Positions 25,001 through 38,676 of a stretch of DNA of 64,000 nt are shown piece after piece. This stretch comes from Octopus vulgaris (taxonomy: Eukaryota): contig OX597837.1 of assembly GCA_951406725.2 (NCBI GenBank), positions 21,390,001 through 21,454,000 of the forward strand. The letters are read 5' to 3'. The translations under genes were made by a program, and so were the position numbers. The notes below the pieces were generated by a model that worked only from the letters and a program-made list of their open reading frames with translations, was not told where the DNA came from and ran no database searches. Every line of letters begins with the position of its first letter. Within the stretch, counting starts at the first letter, position 1.

Positions 25001-28000
25001 GCTCAATTTGTTTGACTCAACCCTTCTTGGCTGCAATCCAATGATTGAGATAAGTAAAAGATTAAGTTGACCTTTTGGTGTAGAGAAGTGTAACTTGATA
25101 AGTTACTTTAGTCTGATGCACTGATTTTACACAGGCTGATGAGACCTGCTACTGGGTACCATGTGAACCAGTACTACCTGTTTCATGGTCTTGTGACTAA
25201 ACTGGCTCCCACACTTGAGTAGCTCACTACTTGTGTGAGGGGGACTAAAAACAAGGCCTGTCAAAGGCTGAATGAGCTGCTTGTGGGCCAATGGCCATCC
25301 AGTATTTCTGCAAAAAGAAAAGAAAACAACCCATGAGAAAGTCAGAAAGACTATGGCTTCATTCAATGGGAAAACTTGTGCTTAATTAGAAAGATTTTCA
25401 CTAAGCATGATGAGAACATGTATGCCTACACATACACTTATAGCCTTCTACACAGCCTTTCAACCAAAATTTACTCAGAAAACATTGGTAAACTTCATAA
25501 CTACCAGGCCATTTCTGGACCCATATGTTGCTCCTTCCTAATGGTTATACCCATCTAAATTATTTTTCAGGAAGCAAAATATAAGAAAAATATTTCTAGT
25601 GTATGTTGGGGGTAACTTTTTAACCTCTTACTGCTGTTTTAAAAAAAATTTTTTTAATGTTATTTACAATCTGCATTGGTATTTGGTTATTCCATCAGTT
25701 TCTTGTTGTCATTGTTGTTTTTGCTGTCATTTACTTCCTGAGGGCAGTGGATTAGCAGAATCGTTAAGCATTAGACAAAATGTCATGCAGTATTCATTCT
25801 GGCTGTTTTACATTCTGAGTTCAAGTCCCACCAAGGTTTGTCCCTTTCATCCAATGAAAATTGTTAACCCTTTCATTAGCATATTTCTGTTGCAATACAT
25901 TGTCTTGGTTTCAGTTAATTTTTAAAATGATAAAAGTTTATTAAAATAACATTGACAGTGACTTCTACTACAGCCTCAGGCCTTGTGGGTGGATTTGGTA
26001 GGCAGAAACTGAAAGGATCCCCTATATATATATGTGTGTGTATATATATATGTGTGTTTATGTATCTATGTATTATGTGTCTTAGTATCTGTGTTTGTTG
26101 ACAACCAGTATTGGTGTGTTTATGTCCCCATGACTTATTGGTTCAGCAAAAGAGACCAATAGAATATGTACCAGGCTTTAAAAGAAATACTAAGTACTGG
26201 GGTTGATTCATTCAACTAAAATACTTCAAGGTAGTGCTCCCGCGTGGCTGCAGTCTTATGACTGAAAGAAGTATGATAAAATTGAAAATTGATTAGAGTT
26301 AAAAACATTTTTTTCTTTTCAACTCCCATTATCCAAGCATTTCAAACAGCCGTGGACACCTAAGATAATGAGGTTGGCTCTTACTCATTTCCCATGTGTT
26401 ACCCAGTTCTTTCAATATTATTATTATTATTATTATTTCATTTGCTACTTTATATGGTGTAGTGGAAAATCTATTGTCTCACATACTTTTGCCTTCTTTT
26501 TCTCTGCTAATATCATTTCTCATCTGTGTGTCACCATTGTAATGCCAGCTTGCACTGAAAAATTCCTCGAGATTTTTCATAATAGTCATTTTCAGTACAT
26601 TTCTAGCTGGTGGTAGTGATGGTGACGGTGGCACCAGTTCACCAACTTTAAATACAGATTTCTTATTTATCTCGCAGTATGCTATTTCCCTATTCAGCTG
26701 CATTTCTTCTGTACCATTGTATTATATACAAAGACAATGTAGTTGACAACAAACAGATTATTGGTGGTGTTGGTGGAGGGACGTACTTGATCTGTTAGAA
26801 ATAGCACTCAAATCACCCTCTAATAACATGTGGTCTTCTTACAAAGAAAGGAAGAATGTCTGAAAAAAAAAATGCAGAGTGGATGGATGGCCATGGCTGG
26901 AATGCTTTTGACCTAAACCTGCTTGATCATCTCTGTATATATATCTGATGTTGTCTTGTTGGATTTTATTTTCATTTTGAAGAGACAAAATCATCATCAT
27001 CGTCATTGTTGTCATTTAATGTCCACTTTTCCATTCTTGTATCAGTCAAACAGATTCTTTATGGTTCAGATGCCCTTTCTGTTGCCAACCCTCACCTGTT
27101 TCAAAGCAAGGTAATAATTTCCCCCATGGCTGGACATATTTTTTCATGGAAGATAGGAAACAAACAACATAGCCTGTATGACATTGATGCTTGTTTACAC
27201 CAATCACATAATATGAAACAAGGTGCGCGCACACACAACGGGGGGGGGGGGGGGTTATTTCCCAAATCCACTCACATGACTTTGGTTGGTTTGGGGCTGT
27301 AGTAGAAGACATTTTCCCAAGGTTCCACATTGTATGACTGAACCTGAGATCAAAGGGTTGCAGGACAAGCTTTTCAACAGTGCAGCCACTCCTCCTCCTA
27401 ATCATATATTACCGGTTAAACCCTAATCAATTTTTCCCTACTTTGAAGTGAAAGTGAGAATGGAGTGTGATTAAATTAGTTGAAAATGCAAGTGATAGTG
27501 GATGGACCGATTCTCTGCATGCACTTGTAAGTCAGAGAATGAATTGGTAGAGGGCACTTAGTCTTGGGGGTTTGAGAAATCCTGAATCTGTGGGGGTTCT
27601 AGGATTGGCCCAAGTTAGAAACCCTATATCAGGTGGTTCATAGCATCTCTTATTTGTATACCATGTGTACTTATTTACCTCTTGTAATTTTGGGTTTTCT
27701 TCCTTGATTTCTGAGCAAAATATCCAGTCTTCATGGAACCTACCTTTGTAATACCAATTTCATCTGATGATAGTATGGCAAACGGGGGAAGAAATATATT
27801 TATTCCAACTCATTATATTCTGTATTCAAATTATAAAGCGAGGTTAACTTTGCCGTTCATCTCTCTTGGGGGCAATTTAATGAGTGCTTCCCCACTCACA
27901 ACCTGCTAATTTGCTGCTTTTGAGCCAATATTATTATTGCTGATGAAAATAGTATGGTAGACAAGATGGAAAGGACTGAGGACAAGACTTTTCTTCTCCA

Positions 28001-29480
28001 CCCATGCCCTCATCAACTTTTTCAAATGCCATTTGAAGAGGACAATAAGACTGGAGAGAGAGGTGGGTAACCTTCAGTAAGTTTGTTAGAAGATGGTGTG
28101 TATGTATGTATGTATGTATGTTTGTGTACAACCATCATTACGGTAGTTGTGACAGTGTTGGATAAAATACTCTGACTAAATGTTCTGGCTCTGTTTTGAG
28201 TTCAAATCCTACTGAGGTCAGTTTTGCATTGCAGTCACACTGAGACATCTCTCTCTCTCTCTCTCTCTCTCTCTCCCCTCTCTTTCATTATCAAATTTAA
28301 CTCAATTTTACTGAGATGGTCTTTTTGAGAATCCATAGCTCAGCATGCAAGGCTAAAATGCTTGCATCACTGTGACTGTGGGCTCAAGTCTTACTTTAGA
28401 TCCAGACTCATAGAACTGGTTTCTGTGGCACATATTCCCCCTCCTGCTGGACGGGATGCCGATCCATCGCAGGATTATTCATTTTTGTCAGCTAAGTAGA
28501 CTGGAGCAATGTGAAATGAAATGTTTTGCCTAAGAACATAATGCATCGCCTGATCCAGGTATCAAAACCACAATCTTATCATGAGTCCAACACCCTAACC
28601 ACTAAGCCACGTGCTTCTACCAAGCCTAACTATACAACAAGCAACCATTTCTCTGATCAGAAAATAAGGAGGTAATACAGTACATTAAAACTTGTTAAAA
28701 CTTTATTAACGCAGATGTACAGTTCTAGAATAATAGTATAGTTGAAATGTTTTCAGTTTTGTTCCATGGTTAAAGTTGTTTACTTGTTGACGTTATATAA
28801 GAAAATAATAGATAACAACTCTCAAGGTAGAAGATATGATAAGTGTATAACAAGGAATGCAACTGCCAGAGATGTTGTCTCTTCCAAGACTGTATATTCT
28901 ATACTACATATGTGATCTTTTACACCATCTGAAGAAGCATATGTCTGAAAAGAAAAATACACTTTCAAAACAAATATATTTCGCTGTTCTCTATAAACCA
29001 TCTTACTGTTTTCAAAACAACCTTGGAATTTCCACAGGTACTGCTAGTTGTCATAATTATTATTAAGGCAGCGTGCTAGCAGAATTGTAGCATTCTAGAC
29101 AAAATGCTTTGTTGCATTTCGTCTTGTCTGAGTTCAAGTGCTGCTGAGGTTAACTTTGCCTTTCATTCTTTCAGAGTTGATAAAATAAGTACCAGTTGAA
29201 CATTGGGTGTGGTATAATTGACTTAACCTGCCCCCTCCTCCAAATTAATTGGCCTTGTGCCAAAATTTGAAACCATTATTAAGGCAGTGAGCTGGCAGAA
29301 TTGCTTTGCAGTATTTCTTTGCATTCTTTCTGTTCTGAGTTCAAATTCTTCTGAGGTTGACATTCCCTTTCGTCCTTTCAGAGTCGATAAATTAAGTACC
29401 AGTCAAGCACTAGAGTCGATGTAATTGACTACGGCTCTCTCTCCCAACATTTTGGACCTTTTGCTTATCGTAGAAAGGAT

Positions 29481-29770
29481 TATTATTATTATTATAATTT
29501 CATTTTCCTAACATCAGTCTACAAGTAACCTGTACTAAGTATCCTAGCTGTCCCTTATAACACTGTTTTCTGTAGCTGCACTAAAGTAGGTTTTGTGCCT
29601 ATTTCCTCCATCCACCTGTTTAATTCTTTAGGAACAGTCCCTAATGCACCTATAACTATAGCAATACATTTTACCCTCACTTTCCATAGCCTCTGTGACT
29701 CCATGTTTAGATCCTGGTACTTTACTATTTTTTCTATACCTCTGATGTTGACTTTCTCATCTATCGTTAT
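29481..29770 (-). mobile_element. R4/Dong-like LINE 3' fragment (restriction-like endonuclease domain) with (TAA)n tail
   Basis: Translates EKIVKYQDLNMESQRLWKVRVKCIAIVIGALGTVPKEL...LQKTVL*GTARIL, a typical REL-domain C-terminus. The 3' end runs into a (TAA)n tract. Confidence 0.8.
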
Positions 29771-30110
29771 CACTATTAAGGTGGTGAAGTGGTAGGCTCA
29801 TTAGCATGCCGGGCTAAATGTTTGGCAATATTTCATCTGTCGCTATGTTCTGAGTTCAAATTTGCTTTTCATCCTTTCGGGGTCGATTAAATAAGTACCA
29901 GTTATGCACTGGGGTCAATGTAATTGACTTAATCCCTTCCCCAAAATTTCAGGCCTTCTGCCTTCAGTAGAAAGGATTATTATTATTACGGAACCTGCAC
30001 CAGGTTCCATAGTCTGTTTTGACCTGGTTTCTACAGCTGGATGCCTTTCCTAATGCCAACCATTTTACTGTATCGGGTACTTTTAATATGGCACTAGCAC
30101 CCACACTAAT

Positions 30111-30668
30111 CCCTCCAGCCTTCATCAGGTGTCTTGGGGAAATTTCGAACCTGGGTTCTCAGCAAGCTGTGACGAGGAGATAATGATAAATCAGGTATAG
30201 CTGATCATATATGGAATAATGGAGACCACCTCCCCCTGTGGGCTGTAGTTAAAATAATAGACAGAGAACACCACTGGAAAATATGAAAACTAAATGAAGC
30301 AGCACATATGCTAGGACACAACAACCTCCTAAGCAGACCGAGTGCAGATATGAGTAGCATATGGGAACTGATATTAAGGAAGGATAAAGAAAATATTAGA
30401 TTTGTAAGCCTTAAAATTCACTCCATAATTGCCCATGGGCATATGGCATACTAACCCAAGACTCCGAGTTTGATTCCAGGCAGTGACCTGAATAATAATA
30501 ATAATGATGATGATGATGACGACAACGATGACGACAAATACTTTAGGAATGAGAACTCAGGTTCAAAATTTCCCCAAAACACCTGATGAAGGCTGGAGGG
30601 TATATCAGCCGAAATGTTGTGTTAACAACAAACAAGATGAGGACATATAGTCGTCAGATGTAAATAAT
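30111..30668 (+). mobile_element. 5'-truncated Penelope-like retroelement: inverted partial pLTR, GIY-YIG endonuclease C-terminal remnant, then pLTR
   Basis: 30173-30454 translates RGDNDKSGIADHIWNNGDHLPLWAVVKIIDREHHWKI*KLNEAAHMLGHNNLLSRPSADMSSIWELIL (Penelope GIY-YIG C-terminal pattern; stop at 30284). 30111-30161 is an inverted copy of 30550-30600. Confidence 0.85.
30578..30623 (+). ncRNA. Minimal type I hammerhead ribozyme motif in the Penelope pLTR
   Basis: AACAC-CTGATGA-A-GGCTG(10 nt loop)CAGCC-GAAA-TG-TT-GTGTT: conserved core boxes, 5-bp helix II, 5-bp helix I and a vestigial helix III. Confidence 0.75.
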
Positions 30669-30984
30669 GAACTATATTATATTTATACATATAGTCTTTT
30701 TTTGAAATCTGTCTTGCGCTGTGCTGTGTTGACAGACTTACATTTAAAATTCCTGTGCTTTTAATCAAAACTTGTTACTTGCTAAGGTGACAACACTACC
30801 TATTTAGCTATCTTTCACACACATACACTACACTATCTCTCTCTGTATTTCTCTTTCAACAACTTTTTCTCCTCTCTTTCTTCACTCTCTCCCCAGATGT
30901 TGCTTTGGACTGTTTTATAATGTAAGATGGTATTTGAATGCTAGTTTTAAAATAACAATGGAACACTAACTGATATTAACTGAA

Positions 30985-31408
30985 TAGGTGCAGGAGTGGC
31001 TGTGTGGTAAGTAGCTTGCTTACCAGCCACATGGTTCTGGGTTCAATCCCACTGCGTGGCACCTTGGGCAAATGTCTTCTACTATAGCCTTGGGCCGACC
31101 AAAGCCCTGTGAGTGGATTTGGTAGACGGAAACTGAAAGAAGCCCGTCATATATACGTATATACATACATACATATATATATATATGTATGTGTGTGTAT
31201 ATGTTTGTGTCTTTGTGTTTGTCTCCCCAACATCACTTGACAACCGATGCTGGTGTATTTTCGTCCCTGTAAATTAGCGGTTTGGCAAAATGAGACCGAT
31301 AGAATAAGTACTAGGCTTACAAAAAATAAGCCCTGGGGTCAATTTGCTCGACCAAAGGCGATGCTCCAACATGGCCGCAGTCAAATGACTGAAACAAGTA
31401 AAAGAGAT
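30985..31408 (+). mobile_element. tRNA-derived SINE family A, full length (about 20 copies or fragments, e.g. 738-1065, 44866-45245, 50728-51222, 55723-56135, 63740-64000)
   Basis: A box TGGCTGTGTGGTAA, B box GGGTTCAATCCC, CORE-like CCTTGGGCAA, internal (TA)/(TG) microsatellite and 3' end gactgaaacaagtaaaag. Confidence 0.85.
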
Positions 31409-34400
31409 ATTATTTGCGTGATGCAATACGGAGGATTAGGTATGAAAGTTTCACCTAACTGACTGAATAAGTCGTTAAAGTGAAGCTTAAAGTCCCAGTT
31501 AACACAAACATGTCAAACATAATTTGATTGGACTCTGATTGTTTACATTAACTATATAAATATATATTGTAAGGGTGTGTGGCCTAGTGGTTTGGGTGTT
31601 GTACTCAAGATCACAAGGTCATGGTTTCAATTTCTGAACTGGTTGATGTGTTGTGTTCTTGAGCAAAATACTTCCTCACTCACATTACTCTGTGATCACT
31701 TTGATAGTTGGCACCTGGCACACCTGTTCGGGCAACATCAATTTGATGCAGCGAGTGATCTGATGTATAGCATATACATTTGATCACAATAAGTAAATCA
31801 TCTGTTGTAGATAGTTCAACAAGAAACTCTCTCTCTCAAACTAAGACAGACGACCATCATTAATATACATTACATAGAAATGTTTTAATTAACAAATATA
31901 TCATTAACCCTTTTGTTACTGTATTTATTTTGAGATGCTCTGTGTTTCTTTCAATTATTTTAAATATAACAAAGAATTTAGTAAAATAACATAGTTATCA
32001 TTAAGCTGGTGTTAGGAACATAAATTGTGACTAAGGTTTGGTGGAAGATTTTAATTCAAAACTAATGAAAACAAGACATTTGTACTACAGAGCCAAAGCC
32101 AGTTTCAGCCGGGTTGGTAACGAAAGGGTAGAAATAATCTTTAAATTCCATTTATCTTTTACCTTGCTTCAGTCATTAGACTGGCATACTGGGGCACTGC
32201 GTTGAAGAAAATTAACTATATAAATATATATCACTTGACAACTGATGTTGGTGTGTTTATATCCTCGTAACTTAGCAGTTCGACAAAGGAGATCAATAGT
32301 ACAAGTACTAGGCTTACAAAGAATAAGTCCTGGGGTCGATTTCTTGACTAAAACCCTTTAAGGTGTTGCTCCAGCATGGCCACAGTTAAATGACTGAAAC
32401 AAGTAAATGAATAAAAGTGTGTGTGTATATATATATTTATATAGATAGATAGATAGATATACACACACACACAACGGGCTTCTTTCAGTTTCTATCTACC
32501 AAATCCACTCACAAGGCTTTGGTCAGCCCAAGGCCATAGTAGAGGACACTTGCCCAAATATTATTAGGATAGCAGATCAGCAGAGCTGTTAGAGTACTGG
32601 GCAAAATGCATTTTCAGTTTTTTTCCCAACTCTTGACATTTTGGGTTCAAACCCGGCTATGGGCAACTTATATCTTTTCAACCTTCTGTGGTTGATAAAA
32701 TAGATTACCAGCCAAGTGCCAATAAATGAATCAACTATACCCCTCTCCCCTATATTTCAGGAAGTAAAGGAAATAATCGTCAAATTCTATTTACTTTTTA
32801 TTTAAAAGTGTTTATGAATGTGTGTGTGTGTGTGGTTTGTGAGTGTGTGCAGATGCACGTGCTACATTTTAATTTTGTTTTTGGAACTACTCATCCTATA
32901 AAGGTTTGTGTGAGTGTACAATATAATTATCCTACACAATGATATTTAATAATAATAATAATAATAATGATGATGATGATGATAAGAAGAAGTAGTGTTT
33001 ATTTAATAATGAAACTTCCTACCCCAGTTATTATTATTATTTTTTTGTTGCGTGTGTATGTACTTGTTTTATATCCTGTAATAGGTTCATACTCTCTATG
33101 TTGATGATCTAATTTGCATTAAACTTAATTCTCACTCCTACTTCTTTATCTCCTCCTCCTCCTCCTTGTCCCCCCTCCTCCACTCAACCAGATTTCTTGG
33201 ACTGAATCCATTAAATGATAATGAGTTGGCACTAATGGCATTACCAAAGCACTTGGGCTAGGAATGATGCTGTCAAATTCTTCTTCTAGCACTCCATCCC
33301 TCCTTCCTTCCTTTTCTTTTCTTCCACAAGATTGTTTTCTTCTTAATTTCACTAATTTCATATTCTGAGGAGTCAAAATGGCCAAAGAAGAGAATTGTGT
33401 GCTTCTCTATTGGATAGAACTGAGCTGTGTTCTCTATTTAAGGCTCTCCTCCAAAAACCCACCTGCTCCACATGATTGACAATAGAGCAGGTGAGAGAGA
33501 AAGAGAGAGAGAGGTGGTAGGGATGGACAAACAGCCTGGATGACCATCTTAGGATAGAAATTATCTCATAGCAGAAGGAATAGATTTCATATTTGGTTAT
33601 CTTCTATAATGAACCTTATTATAATTTTATGAATGCAGTGATGATAGTGATAGTATATAGTGATATGTACAGTGCCATAGTAAATTCCTCACGTTACCAA
33701 ATGAAAGTTTTCTGCTGTATGGTTTTGAATCTTCACTTTGGCCTTTCATTCTTGTCTGTTTGGTAAAACACCAGTCTTGTACCAGAATTAGTTTTATTGA
33801 CTGTACTCTTTCTCTTAGGTTTTTTTTTTTTTTACCTGTAGATTTATACTGCCTGGTTTAACACACCTCCATCACTACTACCATCACCACATTTTTGGGG
33901 TCCCTCTAGATTTCTCTCTATTGAAAACATTTAACCCTTTAACATTCAAATCGCCCATATCCAGCCCAGATATTCTACAACTCCACTGTAGCATTATTAC
34001 AAATTATATTCAGAATATTCTGAAGCACCCGCAGGCACCAAACTCTGGCAACAGGTCTGTCTCAGTGCTTACCCTGCAATGTTATTCAAAAACTACACAA
34101 TCATATCACTGAAATCCCAAAGCTATGATTACTTCAAAGCAATGAGAATGAATAAAGCATTACATTTGACAAAGTAATATAGGAATACTAAAGGCTTCAA
34201 GTAAACCTTCACTTTGCTACTCATGGATTTCCTGCAGATGTTTGCACTGGACATCAGTAAGTCTGCGAGAGCTTGCAGAGGTAATGGGCATTGCCCTCAT
34301 TCCCTAATCAACAATTTGTGGTCTTGTGCCAGTGAAAGAAATCAATATATGTTGAAGCTGGTACAAGGTAGCAGTGCACTCTGAGGTTAATGGCTATTAT

Positions 34401-36326
34401 ATACAGCATTAAGTTTCTTTATTCTCGCTTTACAGTGATGTTTACATTGTTTATCGTCCCTCTGGGTTTCGTAAATAAAGTACCAGTATTAAAGTTGGTT
34501 TATCAACAGACCCCCCTCCCCTTCTGCTACAAGAAGTGTCTTTCCTTCTAAGAAATCATTGCTTTGCCAACTCAGTGAGCAAAGCTCTTTGTGGTCGCTC
34601 AACTTGCTAGAAACACCAACCAAATCTCCCTCAAACACCCTTACCATCTTAAATTATCAAAGGCACATTGGATAATAATATGGTCACAACCTTTGATCAT
34701 AGGTCTGCTTAATTATGATTGATATGGGAGTTAACAGTAACAACAATTAGTATTTTGATTAGCATATTTGTCTTTTGTCTTGCTATGTTCTTTCCGTCTT
34801 TAGTTTTTATTCTTACAGCTATTCATTCCATGTGTTTCCCACAATCCTAAACTGTTATACTCTAGAGAGTCTTATTTACTTGTAGCCAGGTAAATATATC
34901 CAAGTATTGTTGATCTCTTCCTCTTCATATATTATGCATATCTTGGTCATCTTCAGAGTCATTACTTATTTATTTATTCTTAAGTGAAAAACTGCAGTTG
35001 ATGTATTTTTGTTTGTACCTCATTTATGTTGGTTCATCATTTTTCTCATTAATCATGTCTGTTTGCTGGTGCACTGCCCTGTTATTTCATATCTTTCTAG
35101 GTAAAAAAAAAAAAAAAAAAAAGGAAAAATGCTTTTTAAATGTAAGAAAAAAATGTAGGTGCAGACATGGCTGTGTGGTAAGAAGCTTGCTTCCTAACCA
35201 CATGATTCTAGGTTCAGTTCCATTCTGTGGCACCTTGAGCAAGTCTCTTTTATAGCCATGGGCCAACCGAAGCTTTCTGAGTGGGACAATCATGTAATTT
35301 TTCAAAAATCATAGAACCTTAAAGTAAATTTTACAGACAACCCTGTGACTCTTATTTTAACAAGACATTAAATGCAAAATTATTTGTGACAGAGAATGTA
35401 TTCATCCAAAAAAAAAAAAGAAGAAGAAAGAAAAACATAATTATTTTGAAAATGATGCATACAATTTTTGGCTGAATGTTATGTGGTTGTAAACAAACCA
35501 ACACCAGTTGTCAAACTGTGGTGGAGACAAACACAACACACACACACACACACACACTCCCCCCTATCTCTCTCACACACACAAGATATTTGCTAGTCTA
35601 GGGCTAAAGTAGTGTTCACGGTGCCATGCAGTGGGATTAAACCCAAAACCATGTAGTTGCAAAGCCATCTTCTTATCTCCTCCTTGAAACCCCAGAATTT
35701 TGTCACTGAACTCATTTTGAGAAACACTGAAAAACAGCAAAGCTTGCTGTAGATTTGAAATCAAGAGGCTTCTACTGTCATAGCTATGCCATTTTTAGAT
35801 GCTTTGGGGGAGCTGGATGCAAGTTCTTATTATCTTACATGTTCCTCTGGCACTTCATTCCCACTTCAACTATTTGCATGTTGCTAGTTATATTCTTTCT
35901 TCCCCAAATTCCAGCCATGTATTTATTCAATGACATCACTTCCCAGTATAACTCTGGTTTTACAAGTACTTAAGGGCACTCAAGTGGTACAATCGTTATA
36001 GCATTGGGGAAAAGCATCTTGCGGTATTTGTTCTGGCTTTGTCCATGCTGAATTCAACTTTGTGTTTCAATATGATAAAGTACCAGCCAAGTACTGAGGT
36101 TCATTAAATAATTGTTCCCATTCAAATTTCTTACCTTGTGCCTGTCTAAGAAAGTAGTAGTAGTAGTAGTAGTAGCAGCAGCAGCAGCAGTAAGGTGGTG
36201 GATTGGCAGAATCAGTAGAGCATTGGATAAAATACTCTACAGTATTTTGGCTCTTTATATTCTGAGTTCAAAACCCACTGAGGCCAACTTACCCTTTCAT
36301 CTCTCCAGGGTCTGTAAAATAAAGTA

Positions 36327-37096
36327 CAGGGATACCTCAGCTTTAGTCATTCTCGAAGGTACAAAGTTTTCAAAAATAATATAGGGGGTGGGGAATCAAG
36401 TTAAGTCGTTTTACTCGACTTTACGTCAGTCCACCAATAGTATTGGAATCATAACACTAACAGGCACTAAAAGCACATAAAATCGTGTTGCAATAAATAT
36501 AAGAATAAAAGAATATAGAATCATATTATTTTCTACTTTAGGCACAAGGCCTGAAATTTGGGGGCGGAGGGCAGTCGATTAGATCAACTCCAGTATGCAA
36601 CTGGTACTTAATTTATCAACCCCAAAAGGATGAAAGGCAAAGTCGACCTTGGTGGCATATAAAATCATATTAAATAAAATAGAGTAAATGCTAAAATACA
36701 CTCTGTAAAGTAATGTAGTTTAGTTTACTATAGCATGAAGTCATCTGTGTTGTCTTATTTATCTGTCTTTCGGAACTCATATTGCACTAGTAGTTCCAAT
36801 ATCTACTGTTAGGAATGGCTATTAGCGATGTAAACACCATCAAATTGTACATATTGGTAAATTTAAAATACTTCAGTTTTGTTTTTGTTTTTTTTTGTTT
36901 TTTTTTTGTATTACAAAATAATAAATACATTTGTTTGTAAACTTAATATAGGTTTTTATTATCAAAAATGCATTCATAAATAAAGTACAGCACTGGGGAA
37001 TGGTTATTAGCAGTTTAGGCTAGGCTAGACCAGACCTGGCCTAGCCTAAGTTGTGTCTCCTGGAACCACTAAACAACTTAGTGTAAGGTATACCTG
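36327..37096 (+). mobile_element. Second copy of the same Tigger-like family, inserted into a family B SINE and carrying a nested family B SINE fragment (~36525-36657, minus)
   Basis: TA|CAGGGATACCT...AGGTATACCTG|TA termini and internal similarity to 16834-17571. The flanks rejoin as SINE sequence aaataaagta|ctagtcaagtac. Confidence 0.78.
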
Positions 37097-37399
37097 TACT
37101 AGTCAAGTACAAGAATTAATTTAATGGACACTCCTCCCATGCATTTCTAACCTGATGTCTATGTTAGGAACAATTATTACAAAATACGTTAACCCATTTG
37201 CATTTAAACTGGCTATATCTTAAATCTAATATCCTACCTGTCTTACGTTCAGACTGGCCAGATCCAGATTCTCACACCTACCCTACAATGTCATTCTAAA
37301 AATAAAGTAATCATATCAAAATTTCAAAGCTAAAGGATAATACATAAACAAGCATTGCATTTGATGGAGCAAACTGAATGCTAAAGGGTTTTTTTCTTT

Positions 37400-37640
37400 T
37401 TTCCCTGCTTTCGCAGATTCCCACGACTCTCTGTTGCCATCCAATTCCATTATTATGAATTTGAATTGGGAGCTTGAGTCATAGTGAATCTTTCATTAGC
37501 TGATCACACATCCATGGATGCTGCCCCTATGGATGTGTTGCAGTTACCCTCTTGATAGAGCTTGGTAATCTTAACCGTCGATCTTCTTGGGTTTCTCTGC
37601 TCATCATCAATTGAACTCTTCCGCTATCTCTTCACAGTCC
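37400..37640 (-). mobile_element. Possible highly degraded Helitron RepHel N-terminal remnant
   Basis: Minus-strand fragments such as SRETQEDRRLRL resemble the charged repeat region at the Helitron RepHel N-terminus. Frameshifted and weak. Confidence 0.3.
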
Positions 37641-38589
37641 TGCCATGCTGCAGTCCCATGACTTCCAGGTGCTATGCCTTGCCAAAGGGGAACCTGTAAT
37701 TATGCAGGGCACAGTCATCACTCCTTGAGGTATTTTCAAATAGCTGTATACCCAAACTAAACAGTACGCAGGTATTTGAAACACTAAAACATTAAATCTA
37801 CTCTTGTTGTTGTTTTGCTCCAAGCTAGCTCTAATTGAGCAGGAGTGAGACCAAAGCTGATTCAAGCATAATAGCCTGGTCTTTTAGTAGATTGATGCCT
37901 GTTTTCTCTGTGTATGTCTTCTCTTTCTAAAACAGTCCGTGATTTGAGAGACTTTCTGACTACTATATCTAACTGCTTAGACTTCTGTTGCAACTCTATA
38001 TTCCTCCTTACATTCTATGCTAGGTCTTATTTAATCACATGTGATGAGTGTGAGGTTAAGAAGTATGCTTCCCTGCTGTATGTTCAGGTTCAGTCCCACT
38101 GCGCAGTACTTTGAGCAAGTGTCTTCTACTTTAGACGTGGGCTGACCAAAGTCTTGTGAATGGATTTGGTAGAAAGAAACTGAAAGAAGCCCATCATGTG
38201 TGTGTGTGCGTGTTACATTACCATTTCCTTGCAATGATATCAGGTGATGTCTGACCTTGGGAAAATTTTACCTTGCTTGGAAACGGGTGAGGGTTGGTGA
38301 CAGGAAGGGCATCCGGCCATAGAAAAATCCACCTTGGGAAAATTCCATCCAACCCATGCAAGCATGGAAAAGTGGATGTTAAACTGGTGACAATGACCAT
38401 GATGATAAAGATGATAATTACCTGCCTCTGTATGTGTGCATATGCGTGTTTCATTTCTTATGGTATTTATTATTTGCTCTGTTAAAAGTATATTAGCTCC
38501 ACAATACTTCTTCGGTTCCTTTTAGCCAGCCATCACAGCTAAGGTCATGGTGGAATAGAACTTGTTTATTTATAGGTTGCAAAGAACAA

Positions 38590-38591
38590 AT

Positions 38592-38676
<85 letters not shown>

